A DNA stretch of 64,000 nucleotides, taken from contig JBOEGD010000020.1 in NCBI GenBank assembly GCA_050633245.1, positions 141,492-205,491 of the forward strand, in the 5' to 3' direction. This DNA comes from Calditrichia bacterium (GTDB lineage Bacteria > Calditrichota > Calditrichia > RBG-13-44-9 > J075). This document shows positions 46,557-55,206 of the stretch, piece after piece. Within the stretch, counting starts at the first letter, position 1; the number at the start of each line of letters is the position of its first letter. Position numbers and translations under genes: made by a program. Under the pieces are notes generated by a model that saw nothing but the letters and a program-made list of their open reading frames with translations, was not told the origin of the DNA and made no database searches.

Positions 46557-49298
46557 ATGTCAAAGTCGAAAACCTCAACCTTTTTGCTTCTTGAAACCAA
46601 GCTGTATCGACCGAAGTGGCGATCAGGGATGGTACAGCGTCCGCGCCTTGCAGAAAGACTGCAACTGGGCAGCGAACGCAAGTTGACATTGATCTCTGCT
46701 CCGGCCGGTTTTGGTAAGACTACCTTGCTGGCAGAGTGGTTGGCTACTGCCAAGATGGCAAATCGCACTACTGGCTGGGTTTCACTCGATGCGGGTGATA
46801 ATGACCCAATCTCCTTTTGGACCTACTTTATTAAATCGATTCAAAATATTCAACCCTCGGTTGGTGAAAATGCACTGACACTGCTTCATTCGCCGCAGCC
46901 CGCTGAAGTGGATGAAATTCTCCCAAAGCTCATTAACGAAATAAGCGCAATTGAGAGCGATTTCTCAGTCGTACTCGATGACTATCATCTAATCGAAGCA
47001 GAGGCGATTCAAAAAGCGATGACTTTTTTACTCGATCATACGCCGGCACAAATGCACTTGGTTATCGCGAGCCGTACAGATCCGCCATTGCCTCTCGCCA
47101 AACTACGAGCTCGTGGGGAGCTGGTTGAGTTGCGTATCGCTGACATGCGTTTTGAGCATGAAGAGGCCACCAGCTTTTTTAGTCATTCAATGGGACTCAC
47201 TATTCCCGCGAAAGATGTTGTTGTGCTGGAAACGCGTACCGAAGGTTGGATTGCCGGTCTGCAGTTGGCAGCTCTGTCTTTGCAGGGACGTGATAATATG
47301 GAAGAGTTTATTGCGGACTTTTCTGGCGATGATCGCTATATCGGTGATTATTTGGTGGAGGAGGTGCTCCACCGTCAGCAGGATAGAGTACGTGATTTTC
47401 TATTACAGACATCTATTCTCGCCCGACTAAGTGGAGAACTATGTTACGCTGTAACCGGAGAAGCAGATAGCAAGCAGCTTTTGGAAGAGCTTGAACGTGG
47501 TAATCTCTTTGTGGTTCCGCTGGATGATAAGCGGCAATGGTATCGCTATCATCACTTGTTTGCTGAAGTAATTAATACTCGTCTGAAAAACCTGTATCCC
47601 GATGATGTGTCCATGCTGCATCGTCGTGCAAGTGAGTGGTATCAGCAAAATAGTCAACCTACTTCTGCCGTTTACCATGCTTTTGAATCTAAGGATTTTG
47701 AGTTCACTGCCTCTGTTATTGAATTGGCATGGACAGCAATGCGCAATGGGTATAAGGAAGGAATATTTCTTAGCTGGATGAAAAGAATTCCCGAAGAGTT
47801 TATTCAGGTTAGACCTGTTCTAAGTGTTGTCTACGCGTGGGCATTAATGGATGCAGGAGAATTGGAAGCAGGAGAATTGCGCCTTGATGCTGCAGAAAAG
47901 TGGCTGGAGCTTTTAGATAACCCAAATGGAAAATCCCCATTTCAGAAATCTGATATGGTGGTTACTAATAAGCATTATTTTAATATGTTAGCAGCGACTA
48001 TTGCGTCTGCCCGTGGATATCTATCTTTGGCATTTGGTGATGTTCCGGCTACGATTAACCATACTAAGCGCGCACTGATGCTTTTTCCTAAAAATGAGTA
48101 TTACGATCTTGGAGCACCGGCAGCGCTTTTAGGGCTTGCATACTGGTCCAGTGGGGACCTGACAGCTGCTTATCGTTCCCTTTCTGAAGGCATGGAATTC
48201 CTGAAAAAGTCGGATAATGCACTTCTGGCCATTAGTGGAACGTTTATCCTTGCTGAAATTATTTTGGCTCAGGGGCGTCTTCGTGATGCTATTACAACGT
48301 ATCAACAGTCTTTATTGCTTGCAGAAAAGCAGGGCGAAACAGCTTTTCCGGGAACTGTCGAGCTACATGTAGGTTTATCTGAGCTCTATGAAGAGCGTGG
48401 TGAAAGTGAAGTTGCGGCAGAACATCTGGCCAAAAGTAAGGAGTTGGGTACCGGTGCGATGATCCCAGGGAATGAATCTCGCTTATTCGCTGCCTTTTCG
48501 CGCTTAAAAGCTGCAGATGGGTTCCTGGATGAAGCAATGAAGCTTCTAAATGATGCCGAACAGGCTTATCGCCGGGATCCGGTTCCGGATGTGCGACCAA
48601 TTGGTGCGCTAAAGGCCAGAGTCTTGATTAAGCAGGGAAGGCTCGGCGAAGCGTTGAGCTGGGTTCGGGATGCTGATTTGTCTGTTGTCGATGAGCTGCA
48701 CTACATGCGCGAATTCGAACATATTACCTTGGCCAGAATCTTGTTGGCACTATATATCGCAGATAGCAGTCAGAGCGTTTTAGACCAGGCTGTTCAATTT
48801 TTGCAAAGGCTTCTGGAAGCAGCGGAGGCGGGAGCCAGAAATGGCAGCGTTCTGGAAATTCTCATACTTCAAGCGCTTGTCTATTTAGCAAGTGAAGATA
48901 AAAAAGCGGCTCTTTCTCCACTGGCGCGTGCTCTTGAAATCGCAGAGCCGGAGGGGTATGTCAGATCCTTTACAGGTGAAGGAGAGCCAATGCGTGAGCT
49001 GCTCAGACACGCCGTTGCGGCCGGATTCTCCGGAGACTATGCGCGTCGTCTTCTTACTTCCTTTGAAAAGGCGGAGCAAGCCCGTGCCGGCTCAACAGGT
49101 GCTGCTGTTTTGCTTACCGCTCGCGAGCTGGAAATTGTACGCTTAATTGCAGCAGGACTAAAAAACCAGCAGATTGCAGATCATCTGGTTATTAGCCTAC
49201 ACACGGTAAAACGGCATATTGCCAATGCTTATGGTAAACTTGAGGTCAGTCATCGTACCGAGGCCATTGCCAAAGCAACTGATCTTGGCCTTCTTTAG
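46557..49298 (+). CDS. MalT-like STAND ATPase / LuxR-family transcriptional regulator
   Basis: APAGFGKTT, LDDYH, TEGWIAGLQL, TPR-like region, C-terminal LTARELE...TVKRH HTH. Confidence 0.95.
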   Translation: MSKSKTSTFLLLETKLYRPKWRSGMVQRPRLAERLQLGSERKLTLISAPAGFGKTTLLAEWLATAKMANRTTGWVSLDAGDNDPISFWTYFIKSIQNIQPSVGENALTLLHSPQPAEVDEILPKLINEISAIESDFSVVLDDYHLIEAEAIQKAMTFLLDHTPAQMHLVIASRTDPPLPLAKLRARGELVELRIADMRFEHEEATSFFSHSMGLTIPAKDVVVLETRTEGWIAGLQLAALSLQGRDNMEEFIADFSGDDRYIGDYLVEEVLHRQQDRVRDFLLQTSILARLSGELCYAVTGEADSKQLLEELERGNLFVVPLDDKRQWYRYHHLFAEVINTRLKNLYPDDVSMLHRRASEWYQQNSQPTSAVYHAFESKDFEFTASVIELAWTAMRNGYKEGIFLSWMKRIPEEFIQVRPVLSVVYAWALMDAGELEAGELRLDAAEKWLELLDNPNGKSPFQKSDMVVTNKHYFNMLAATIASARGYLSLAFGDVPATINHTKRALMLFPKNEYYDLGAPAALLGLAYWSSGDLTAAYRSLSEGMEFLKKSDNALLAISGTFILAEIILAQGRLRDAITTYQQSLLLAEKQGETAFPGTVELHVGLSELYEERGESEVAAEHLAKSKELGTGAMIPGNESRLFAAFSRLKAADGFLDEAMKLLNDAEQAYRRDPVPDVRPIGALKARVLIKQGRLGEALSWVRDADLSVVDELHYMREFEHITLARILLALYIADSSQSVLDQAVQFLQRLLEAAEAGARNGSVLEILILQALVYLASEDKKAALSPLARALEIAEPEGYVRSFTGEGEPMRELLRHAVAAGFSGDYARRLLTSFEKAEQARAGSTGAAVLLTARELEIVRLIAAGLKNQQIADHLVISLHTVKRHIANAYGKLEVSHRTEAIAKATDLGLL

Positions 49299-49473
49299 CA
49301 GCTAAGGCTTACTACCCTGCCTGCTGCCTACTGTTTTATCTACACCCCCCAAATTACACCTTTCAGCGTATTGTGCTAAGCTCATATTACCTGTAGTTTT
49401 TCCTGTATGTAAAGAAAAAGCCGCTCCAATAATAGATCGGCTTCGTTAGAAAAGCAACAATCAGGAGCAACAG

Positions 49474-51849
49474 GTGAAAAGGTTTATCTTGTGTGTACTA
49501 TGTACGATGTATTTCTCAATGCTGTCTGCACAGCAAACAGGAAGCATTATTGGGCGGGTAGTGGATAAAAATACCCAACAGCCATTAATCGGGGCAAATG
49601 TCTCTGTAATAGGAGATGATAGAGGAGCATCGACCGATAAAGATGGTGTTTTTAGGATTGGCGATCTTGAAGAGGATTTTTATAAACTGAGAATCGACTA
49701 CATTGGCTACGTGCCGCTGGTTCAGCCAAACATTCGCGTTGTTCGCAATAAAAGCTCGCAGATTGATAAAGTAGAAATGGTGGCCTCGGTGATCGAAGGT
49801 GATGAGATTTCAGTTAGTGCCGGCATCTTTCGTGAAGATCAGGAGAGTATTGTTTCCGGAACTCACTACAATCGCGAGGAAATTCGTCGTAGTCCGGGTT
49901 CGGCAAATGATGTGCTTCGCGCGATAGCAACAATTCCCGGTGTCAGCAACTCCGGAGGTGAATACGCCGCATATTCGGTTCGCGGCAGTAGCCCGCGCGA
50001 CAATCTGATTTTAGTAGACAATATTCCATTCGAAAAGGTAGTTCATTTCGATGGGAGTCCGAATGAATACGAGGATGCGCAGGGGGGCGGCTTCAGTATC
50101 TTCACACCATATTTAATTGAAGAAGCCGAATTTCAGGGGGGCGGCTTTTCTGCACGCTATGGTGGCAAGCATAGTTCTCTGTTGAGGTTGGGAGTAAAAG
50201 AAGGCAACAAGGAAAACCGTACGATTAGAGGAACATACGACCTGCTTGGTTGGGAATTGAACTATGACGGGCCGGCTCATCTAATAAAAAATACCCGCCT
50301 CAACCTTTCTGCACGTCATCAGGATTTTAAGCGAGTCATCGAACTGGCAGGTTTCGAGGAGTTTGGCTATCCACGCCTTACCGATCTAATCGGAAAAATG
50401 ACCACGGATATTAACCCCAATAATACTATCTCATTGTTGGGAGTCTTTGGGCCCGAGAAATTCGATCGCGACGTTACTCATATGTTGGCATCAGATGATA
50501 TGGACGATACGTTCTTGGCCGATACAGATGAAACGCGGTCTCTGTTGGGGCTGAACTGGCGAATGTTAACAGGTCGCTCCAGCTTTCTACACAGTACGCT
50601 TTATTATCGTCATAACGATCAGGTAAGGCAGTACGGCAAAGCCTATTTGGATTTGGCGAATGGGGAAGTGCCCACAGTCGAAACCATTCGCCAACGACCG
50701 GATATATACTCTTTGAATCAGCAGGAAACCGAGCTGGGCAGTAAAATCGATTTCACCTGGCAAACGCAATCAAACTCTACCTTTCGAGCCGGAGTTGAAC
50801 TGAATAGAATTGGTTTGGACGTTAGACAAACACAAAATGGCCTCGATACGCTCTACACTTATGACCAGAACGATTTTAGAGCCGATCCGACGCAAAACTA
50901 TATTGTTACCCGTCCGGAAGACATAAATGCCCGTTTCGATGATACAAAATCTGTTTTCAGCATGTATTCGGAATATGGGATGAATTTACTCTCCGGTCGT
51001 TTGTTGGTAACGCCGGGTATTCGCTATCAGTACAGCGAGTTTAGCAAAGATCACTATGTGTTGCCACGCTTTAGCTCGAGTATCAGAATAAATCAAAAAT
51101 CGCGGTTAAATTTAGCGATTGGGCTTTATAGTCAGACGCCGCGGTTTATCGATCTGGTTTCCGACGTGAATAACAATGGACTCAAGGATGAACTGTCTGC
51201 CCATTACATTCTTGGATTAACGCGCTACTTACGGGATGACTTGAAGTTTACTGCAGAAGTCTATTATAAATCATTCGATGAGCTTGTTGTTCAAAGCGAT
51301 CGCACAGTCGAAACCCGTACGAATGCCGGAGAAGGATGGGCGAGTGGCGTTGATTTTAGTTTGGTAAAACGTCTTGTAGATAAGGTCTATGGACAACTGA
51401 ACTATTCCTACGCACTTAGCGAGCGGGATGACAATAACGGTCTTGGAAGTTATGACCACGACTTTAATCGCCCACATATCTTCAATCTGCTCTTTGGCTA
51501 TGAACATAGCCGCAGTTGGGCCTTCTCAATGAAATGGAATTATACGTCAGGACAGCTTAGAAACGGTTTTATTATTCATGAGGATGTTCATGGCGACCGC
51601 AACCTTTTGCGTTACTCACAGGAAATTACGTCTCGAAACTCAGACCGAAAAGATGCCATCCATTCCTTGAATATACGCGCGGACTATCGCTATCAGATCC
51701 GACGGCTGGGCATTATCGCCTTTCTGGATATTTTCAACATTTATAATAACACCAATGCAAATCAGGAACGCTTTGTCGATAGAAGCGGTGAGATTGTTGA
51801 CGTTGGCTTGGGAATCGTTCCAACCTTTGGGTTTAAATTTGAACTTTAA
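49474..51849 (+). CDS. TonB-dependent receptor with N-terminal carboxypeptidase-regulatory-like domain
   Basis: GTG start after AGGAG; signal peptide; IPGV...SVRG...LVDNIP plug; terminal FKFEL. Confidence 0.9.
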   Translation: MKRFILCVLCTMYFSMLSAQQTGSIIGRVVDKNTQQPLIGANVSVIGDDRGASTDKDGVFRIGDLEEDFYKLRIDYIGYVPLVQPNIRVVRNKSSQIDKVEMVASVIEGDEISVSAGIFREDQESIVSGTHYNREEIRRSPGSANDVLRAIATIPGVSNSGGEYAAYSVRGSSPRDNLILVDNIPFEKVVHFDGSPNEYEDAQGGGFSIFTPYLIEEAEFQGGGFSARYGGKHSSLLRLGVKEGNKENRTIRGTYDLLGWELNYDGPAHLIKNTRLNLSARHQDFKRVIELAGFEEFGYPRLTDLIGKMTTDINPNNTISLLGVFGPEKFDRDVTHMLASDDMDDTFLADTDETRSLLGLNWRMLTGRSSFLHSTLYYRHNDQVRQYGKAYLDLANGEVPTVETIRQRPDIYSLNQQETELGSKIDFTWQTQSNSTFRAGVELNRIGLDVRQTQNGLDTLYTYDQNDFRADPTQNYIVTRPEDINARFDDTKSVFSMYSEYGMNLLSGRLLVTPGIRYQYSEFSKDHYVLPRFSSSIRINQKSRLNLAIGLYSQTPRFIDLVSDVNNNGLKDELSAHYILGLTRYLRDDLKFTAEVYYKSFDELVVQSDRTVETRTNAGEGWASGVDFSLVKRLVDKVYGQLNYSYALSERDDNNGLGSYDHDFNRPHIFNLLFGYEHSRSWAFSMKWNYTSGQLRNGFIIHEDVHGDRNLLRYSQEITSRNSDRKDAIHSLNIRADYRYQIRRLGIIAFLDIFNIYNNTNANQERFVDRSGEIVDVGLGIVPTFGFKFEL

Positions 51850-51883
51850 TGATATTTTTTTAATGAGTCTGATAAGGAATCGA

Positions 51884-52879
51884 ATGAGAACAATAGAGTT
51901 TACCGGGTATGGCACACCAGAGGTGCTTCAACTTAGGATTGTAACAAAGCCTGTAGTAAAAGAAGATGAGTTGTTGGTTCGAATCTATGCCACTGCTGTA
52001 ACAACCGCCGATTGCATCAGCAGAAAAGGTGATCCGTTCATTGCCAGAATAGGCTCCGGCCTCAGAAAACCAAATAGCGTTGGCTTTGGAAACCTTCTTG
52101 CTGGAAAGGTGGAAAGAATTGGCGGGAATGTAAAACGATTTAGAGTCGGTGACGAGGTGTTTGGGCTGTCTGGGAACATGCCCGGTGCTTATGCCGACTA
52201 TATCTCGTTGCCAGAGGAAGCTCCGGTGATAAAGAAGCCGGTGAATATGAGCTATGCTGAGGCAGTTAGTCTTTGTAGTGGTGAACTTACGGCACTTCAC
52301 TTTTTGCGAGACAAGGCAAAGATTAAAAGTGGCGATAGAATTCTCATCAATGGCGCTTCGGGATCCATTGGCGTTGCAGCCGTTCAGCTCGCCAAATACT
52401 TTGGGGCAGAAGTTACCGGTGTTTGCAGTACCACAAATGTTGAATTAGTAAAGAATCTGGGCGCCGATAAGGTGGTAGACTATACCAGGGAAGACTTCAC
52501 CCAACATAGTCAAAAGTATAATGTTGTATTCGACGCGGTGGGTAAAAGTTCTTTTTCCCGCTGTAAGGATTCTTTACTGTCGGGCGGAACATACCTGACA
52601 ACTGTTCCCTCGCTTGCAATAATGTTTCAAATGATGTGGACATCCAAAATTGGCAGCAGGAGAGCTACAATGGGCTTCGCCGGCCTGAGGGCGCCAGATA
52701 AAAAAGCCAACGATCTGATTTTCCTTAAAGAGTTAATTGAGTCAGATGTGCTTAAACCGGTAATCGACAGACACTATCTATTAGAGCAGGCGGCCGAAGC
52801 ACATCGTTATGTTGAAAAAGGCCACAAGATAGGAAACGTCGTTCTAACATTAACTGATTCAAATACTCCCTTGAAATAA
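51884..52879 (+). CDS. NAD(P)-dependent medium-chain dehydrogenase/reductase (quinone oxidoreductase-like)
   Basis: YG.PEVL, INGASGSIG, LKPVIDR, EKGHKIG. Confidence 0.92.
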   Translation: MRTIEFTGYGTPEVLQLRIVTKPVVKEDELLVRIYATAVTTADCISRKGDPFIARIGSGLRKPNSVGFGNLLAGKVERIGGNVKRFRVGDEVFGLSGNMPGAYADYISLPEEAPVIKKPVNMSYAEAVSLCSGELTALHFLRDKAKIKSGDRILINGASGSIGVAAVQLAKYFGAEVTGVCSTTNVELVKNLGADKVVDYTREDFTQHSQKYNVVFDAVGKSSFSRCKDSLLSGGTYLTTVPSLAIMFQMMWTSKIGSRRATMGFAGLRAPDKKANDLIFLKELIESDVLKPVIDRHYLLEQAAEAHRYVEKGHKIGNVVLTLTDSNTPLK

Positions 52880-53011
52880 TAGCGGCTCCGCAGTAGCCGC
52901 TATGGACAAACCAAAGGCCTACCTTATTTTTACCTCCCGTAAGGACTTCTCTCCGTTGACGAATTGTTTTTTATCTGTGATAAAAGTTTTTCATTTATAA
53001 ATATTTTTTAC

Positions 53012-53057
53012 TTGTATTTTGAATGTGATAATTGTACCATTAGGTCAAGTGGTACAA
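53012..53057 (+). promoter_or_regulatory. promoter overlapped by a YtrA-type operator
   Basis: TTGTAT-N17-TACCAT; inverted repeat TTGTACCA-N10-TGGTACAA at 53032-53057. Confidence 0.65.
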
Positions 53058-53072
53058 CAAAAAGAAGTGGCT

Positions 53073-53453
53073 ATGGAAATTACAATTGATACCAGCACAG
53101 CGGTGCCGCTATTCACTCAGCTGATAAATCAAATAAAGCAGGCGGTGCAGACAGGGCATCTAAAACCCGGCTCCGCCTTGCCGTCAATTCGGCAATTGGC
53201 TAATGACCTCGGTGTAAACCATAATACGGTTGCTAAAGCGTATCGATTGCTTGAAAGAGATTCAGTTATCGAAACGAAGGGGTACCGAGGAACATTTGTT
53301 CATCCAAATGCCGAAGCAAATAGCAGCGTGGATTTAAATGAGTGGGTAACGTTGAAGTTAACAGAAACAATAAAATTATTGCGTAGCTCCGGGGCGACCG
53401 ATTCGGAGATCCGAATTGCCTTCGGAAAAGTTATGAGTAGCCGCAATATATAG
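53073..53453 (+). CDS. GntR-family regulator, YtrA subfamily
   Basis: LPSIRQLANDLGVNHNTVAKAY...GTFV with a short C-terminal helix. Confidence 0.93.
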   Translation: MEITIDTSTAVPLFTQLINQIKQAVQTGHLKPGSALPSIRQLANDLGVNHNTVAKAYRLLERDSVIETKGYRGTFVHPNAEANSSVDLNEWVTLKLTETIKLLRSSGATDSEIRIAFGKVMSSRNI

Positions 53454-53466
53454 GGAGGATCGAACT

Positions 53467-54306
53467 ATGCGACTAGATATTCTTTTTGGACTGATTTTCT
53501 TAAGCCAGATTTTGCTGATTTCATATTATTTGCCGGGTAAGCTTTTGAAGCGGATACGAGCAGTATTCACCAATTACCCTCCGGAAGTATATCCTCGTCT
53601 TTATCCCAAGCCAATAAGCTATTATGAAATGGGGATGCTTCGGTTCAAGTATATGAACGGTCTGATATTGTTGATTGGAATGGCTCTGCTTGTCGTTTTT
53701 TTAGGCGATTCAACAAATGATGATTGGGGTGGAGTGGTCTTTGGTTACTTTATGATTCAGTTTATCCCAATGGCCCTTGTTGAAATCTACTCCTTTAAAT
53801 ATTTGAAGCTCTTGCGGGAAAATGATTCCCGTAGTACCCGAACGGCGAATTTACAACCGCGTCGTTTATCTGATGTGTTATCACCGGGCTTGGTTGGTTT
53901 GGCAGTTATCGTTTATGTGGCTTTTATTGTTCTGGTCGTCTATGTAAATCAATTTGGCTATCCATGGTTTGGTGGCTACGCGAATATTGCAGGGATAACG
54001 TTTGCTAACCTTCTCTTCACGGGAATTGTTCTCTGGAATTTTTATGGGGAACGGAAAAATCCATATCAGGCCTCGGAAGACAGAATGAATCAAATAAAGC
54101 TGTTGGTAAAACAAGTGGCTTTAATAAGTATTGCCGCTACTCTCTTTGTAGCATTAAACATTTTTCTTAAAGTATTCGACCTGCATCATCTCAATCAAAT
54201 AGCGCTGAGTCTTTATTTTCAACTTATTGCTTTGTTTAGCTTTCAGGGCTTTTTCATGGATACGATTAACGCTGATGTGTATAAGGAAAAGCCTCTGGTG
54301 ACTTAG
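53467..54306 (+). CDS. polytopic membrane protein (about 7 TM), function unknown
   Basis: GGAGG Shine-Dalgarno; multiple hydrophobic helices. Confidence 0.82.
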   Translation: MRLDILFGLIFLSQILLISYYLPGKLLKRIRAVFTNYPPEVYPRLYPKPISYYEMGMLRFKYMNGLILLIGMALLVVFLGDSTNDDWGGVVFGYFMIQFIPMALVEIYSFKYLKLLRENDSRSTRTANLQPRRLSDVLSPGLVGLAVIVYVAFIVLVVYVNQFGYPWFGGYANIAGITFANLLFTGIVLWNFYGERKNPYQASEDRMNQIKLLVKQVALISIAATLFVALNIFLKVFDLHHLNQIALSLYFQLIALFSFQGFFMDTINADVYKEKPLVT

Positions 54307-54343
54307 GGTCATTATATATTGTTGCAAACGTGAAGGATAAATC

Positions 54344-55120
54344 TTACTGCTCGTTTGCAATGGCCATGTTTATCCAATCAAAATAGCTCGATACGCGGGT
54401 ATAGTATTCTCGAACACCGTAAACACCTTCTTTACCACCAGTTGCCCGCGTACTCTGAGCCGAGCTGATACCGGCGATAAACGCTTGGTCGCCTATTAGG
54501 ATGAATGCAGGGCCGCTACTATCCCCGGGGCCCGAGATTCCCTCATACCGGCTAACCTGTGATGAGTCGGTTTCCGGATTATTAAAAGACCATTTGAGCC
54601 AATTCTCTGAAACTTCATCCACAGTGTTCGTTGCGGCGCGTATTTTCCCGTCATTTTTTACCGGTCCCGATTTACCGGTTCCAATATCTCCATTGCCGAC
54701 TAAAAACACTTCCTTTGCCAATTCATCGCGCTCCTCATATATCGAAACCGGGAGGCAGTTTTTAACGGCTTCGGCAAGTTTGATAAGTGCGATATCCCGA
54801 CTTTCGTTCTCCTGCCACTCAGGGTGAATGACAATTTGCGCAATTTTAAATTTACTTCCACGATTAATTAGCGAGTCTCCAATGTTCAGATTCGTTGCTA
54901 CATGCGCTGCGGAGAGGATCCATTCGGGAGCTATTAAGGTGCCGGCGAGATCGGTTTTATTAATCATGAATAGAGCATTAGACTCGGGAAGATTTTTTGC
55001 GAGTTGAAGTAGTTTAGCATCTGAAGCGTCGTGTCTGGCAATGATCGGTTTTGCAAAAAGTTGTGTTAAGCCAGGGAGATAAAGAGTCAACAAGAGTATT
55101 ATCACAATAAAGTGCTTCAT
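54344..55120 (-). CDS. secreted trypsin-like (S1) serine protease
   Basis: LSAAH, DIAL and GDSSGP catalytic-triad motifs; signal peptide from ATG 55120. Confidence 0.9.
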   Translation of the reverse strand: MKHFIVIILLLTLYLPGLTQLFAKPIIARHDASDAKLLQLAKNLPESNALFMINKTDLAGTLIAPEWILSAAHVATNLNIGDSLINRGSKFKIAQIVIHPEWQENESRDIALIKLAEAVKNCLPVSIYEERDELAKEVFLVGNGDIGTGKSGPVKNDGKIRAATNTVDEVSENWLKWSFNNPETDSSQVSRYEGISGPGDSSGPAFILIGDQAFIAGISSAQSTRATGGKEGVYGVREYYTRVSSYFDWINMAIANEQ

Positions 55121-55151
55121 ATATAGCTTCTCTATAGTCAAATGTAAAAGC

Positions 55152-55179
55152 AACCGAGATGTAATATTACATCTCAGTT
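55152..55179 (-). terminator. palindrome/hairpin, likely terminator of the PQQ-esterase gene
   Basis: Perfect GAGATGTAATATTACATCTC (55156-55175); followed by GCUUUU on the minus strand. Confidence 0.5.
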
Positions 55180-55206
55180 ACACGGCACTGTAAAGTATTT
55201 CGGAGT

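Noticed and set aside
51755-51883. N-terminal extension of the MDR ORF overlapping the TonB receptor
   Set aside because: The family start MRTIEF at 51884 has an AAGGA Shine-Dalgarno; the extension is an ORF-caller artefact.
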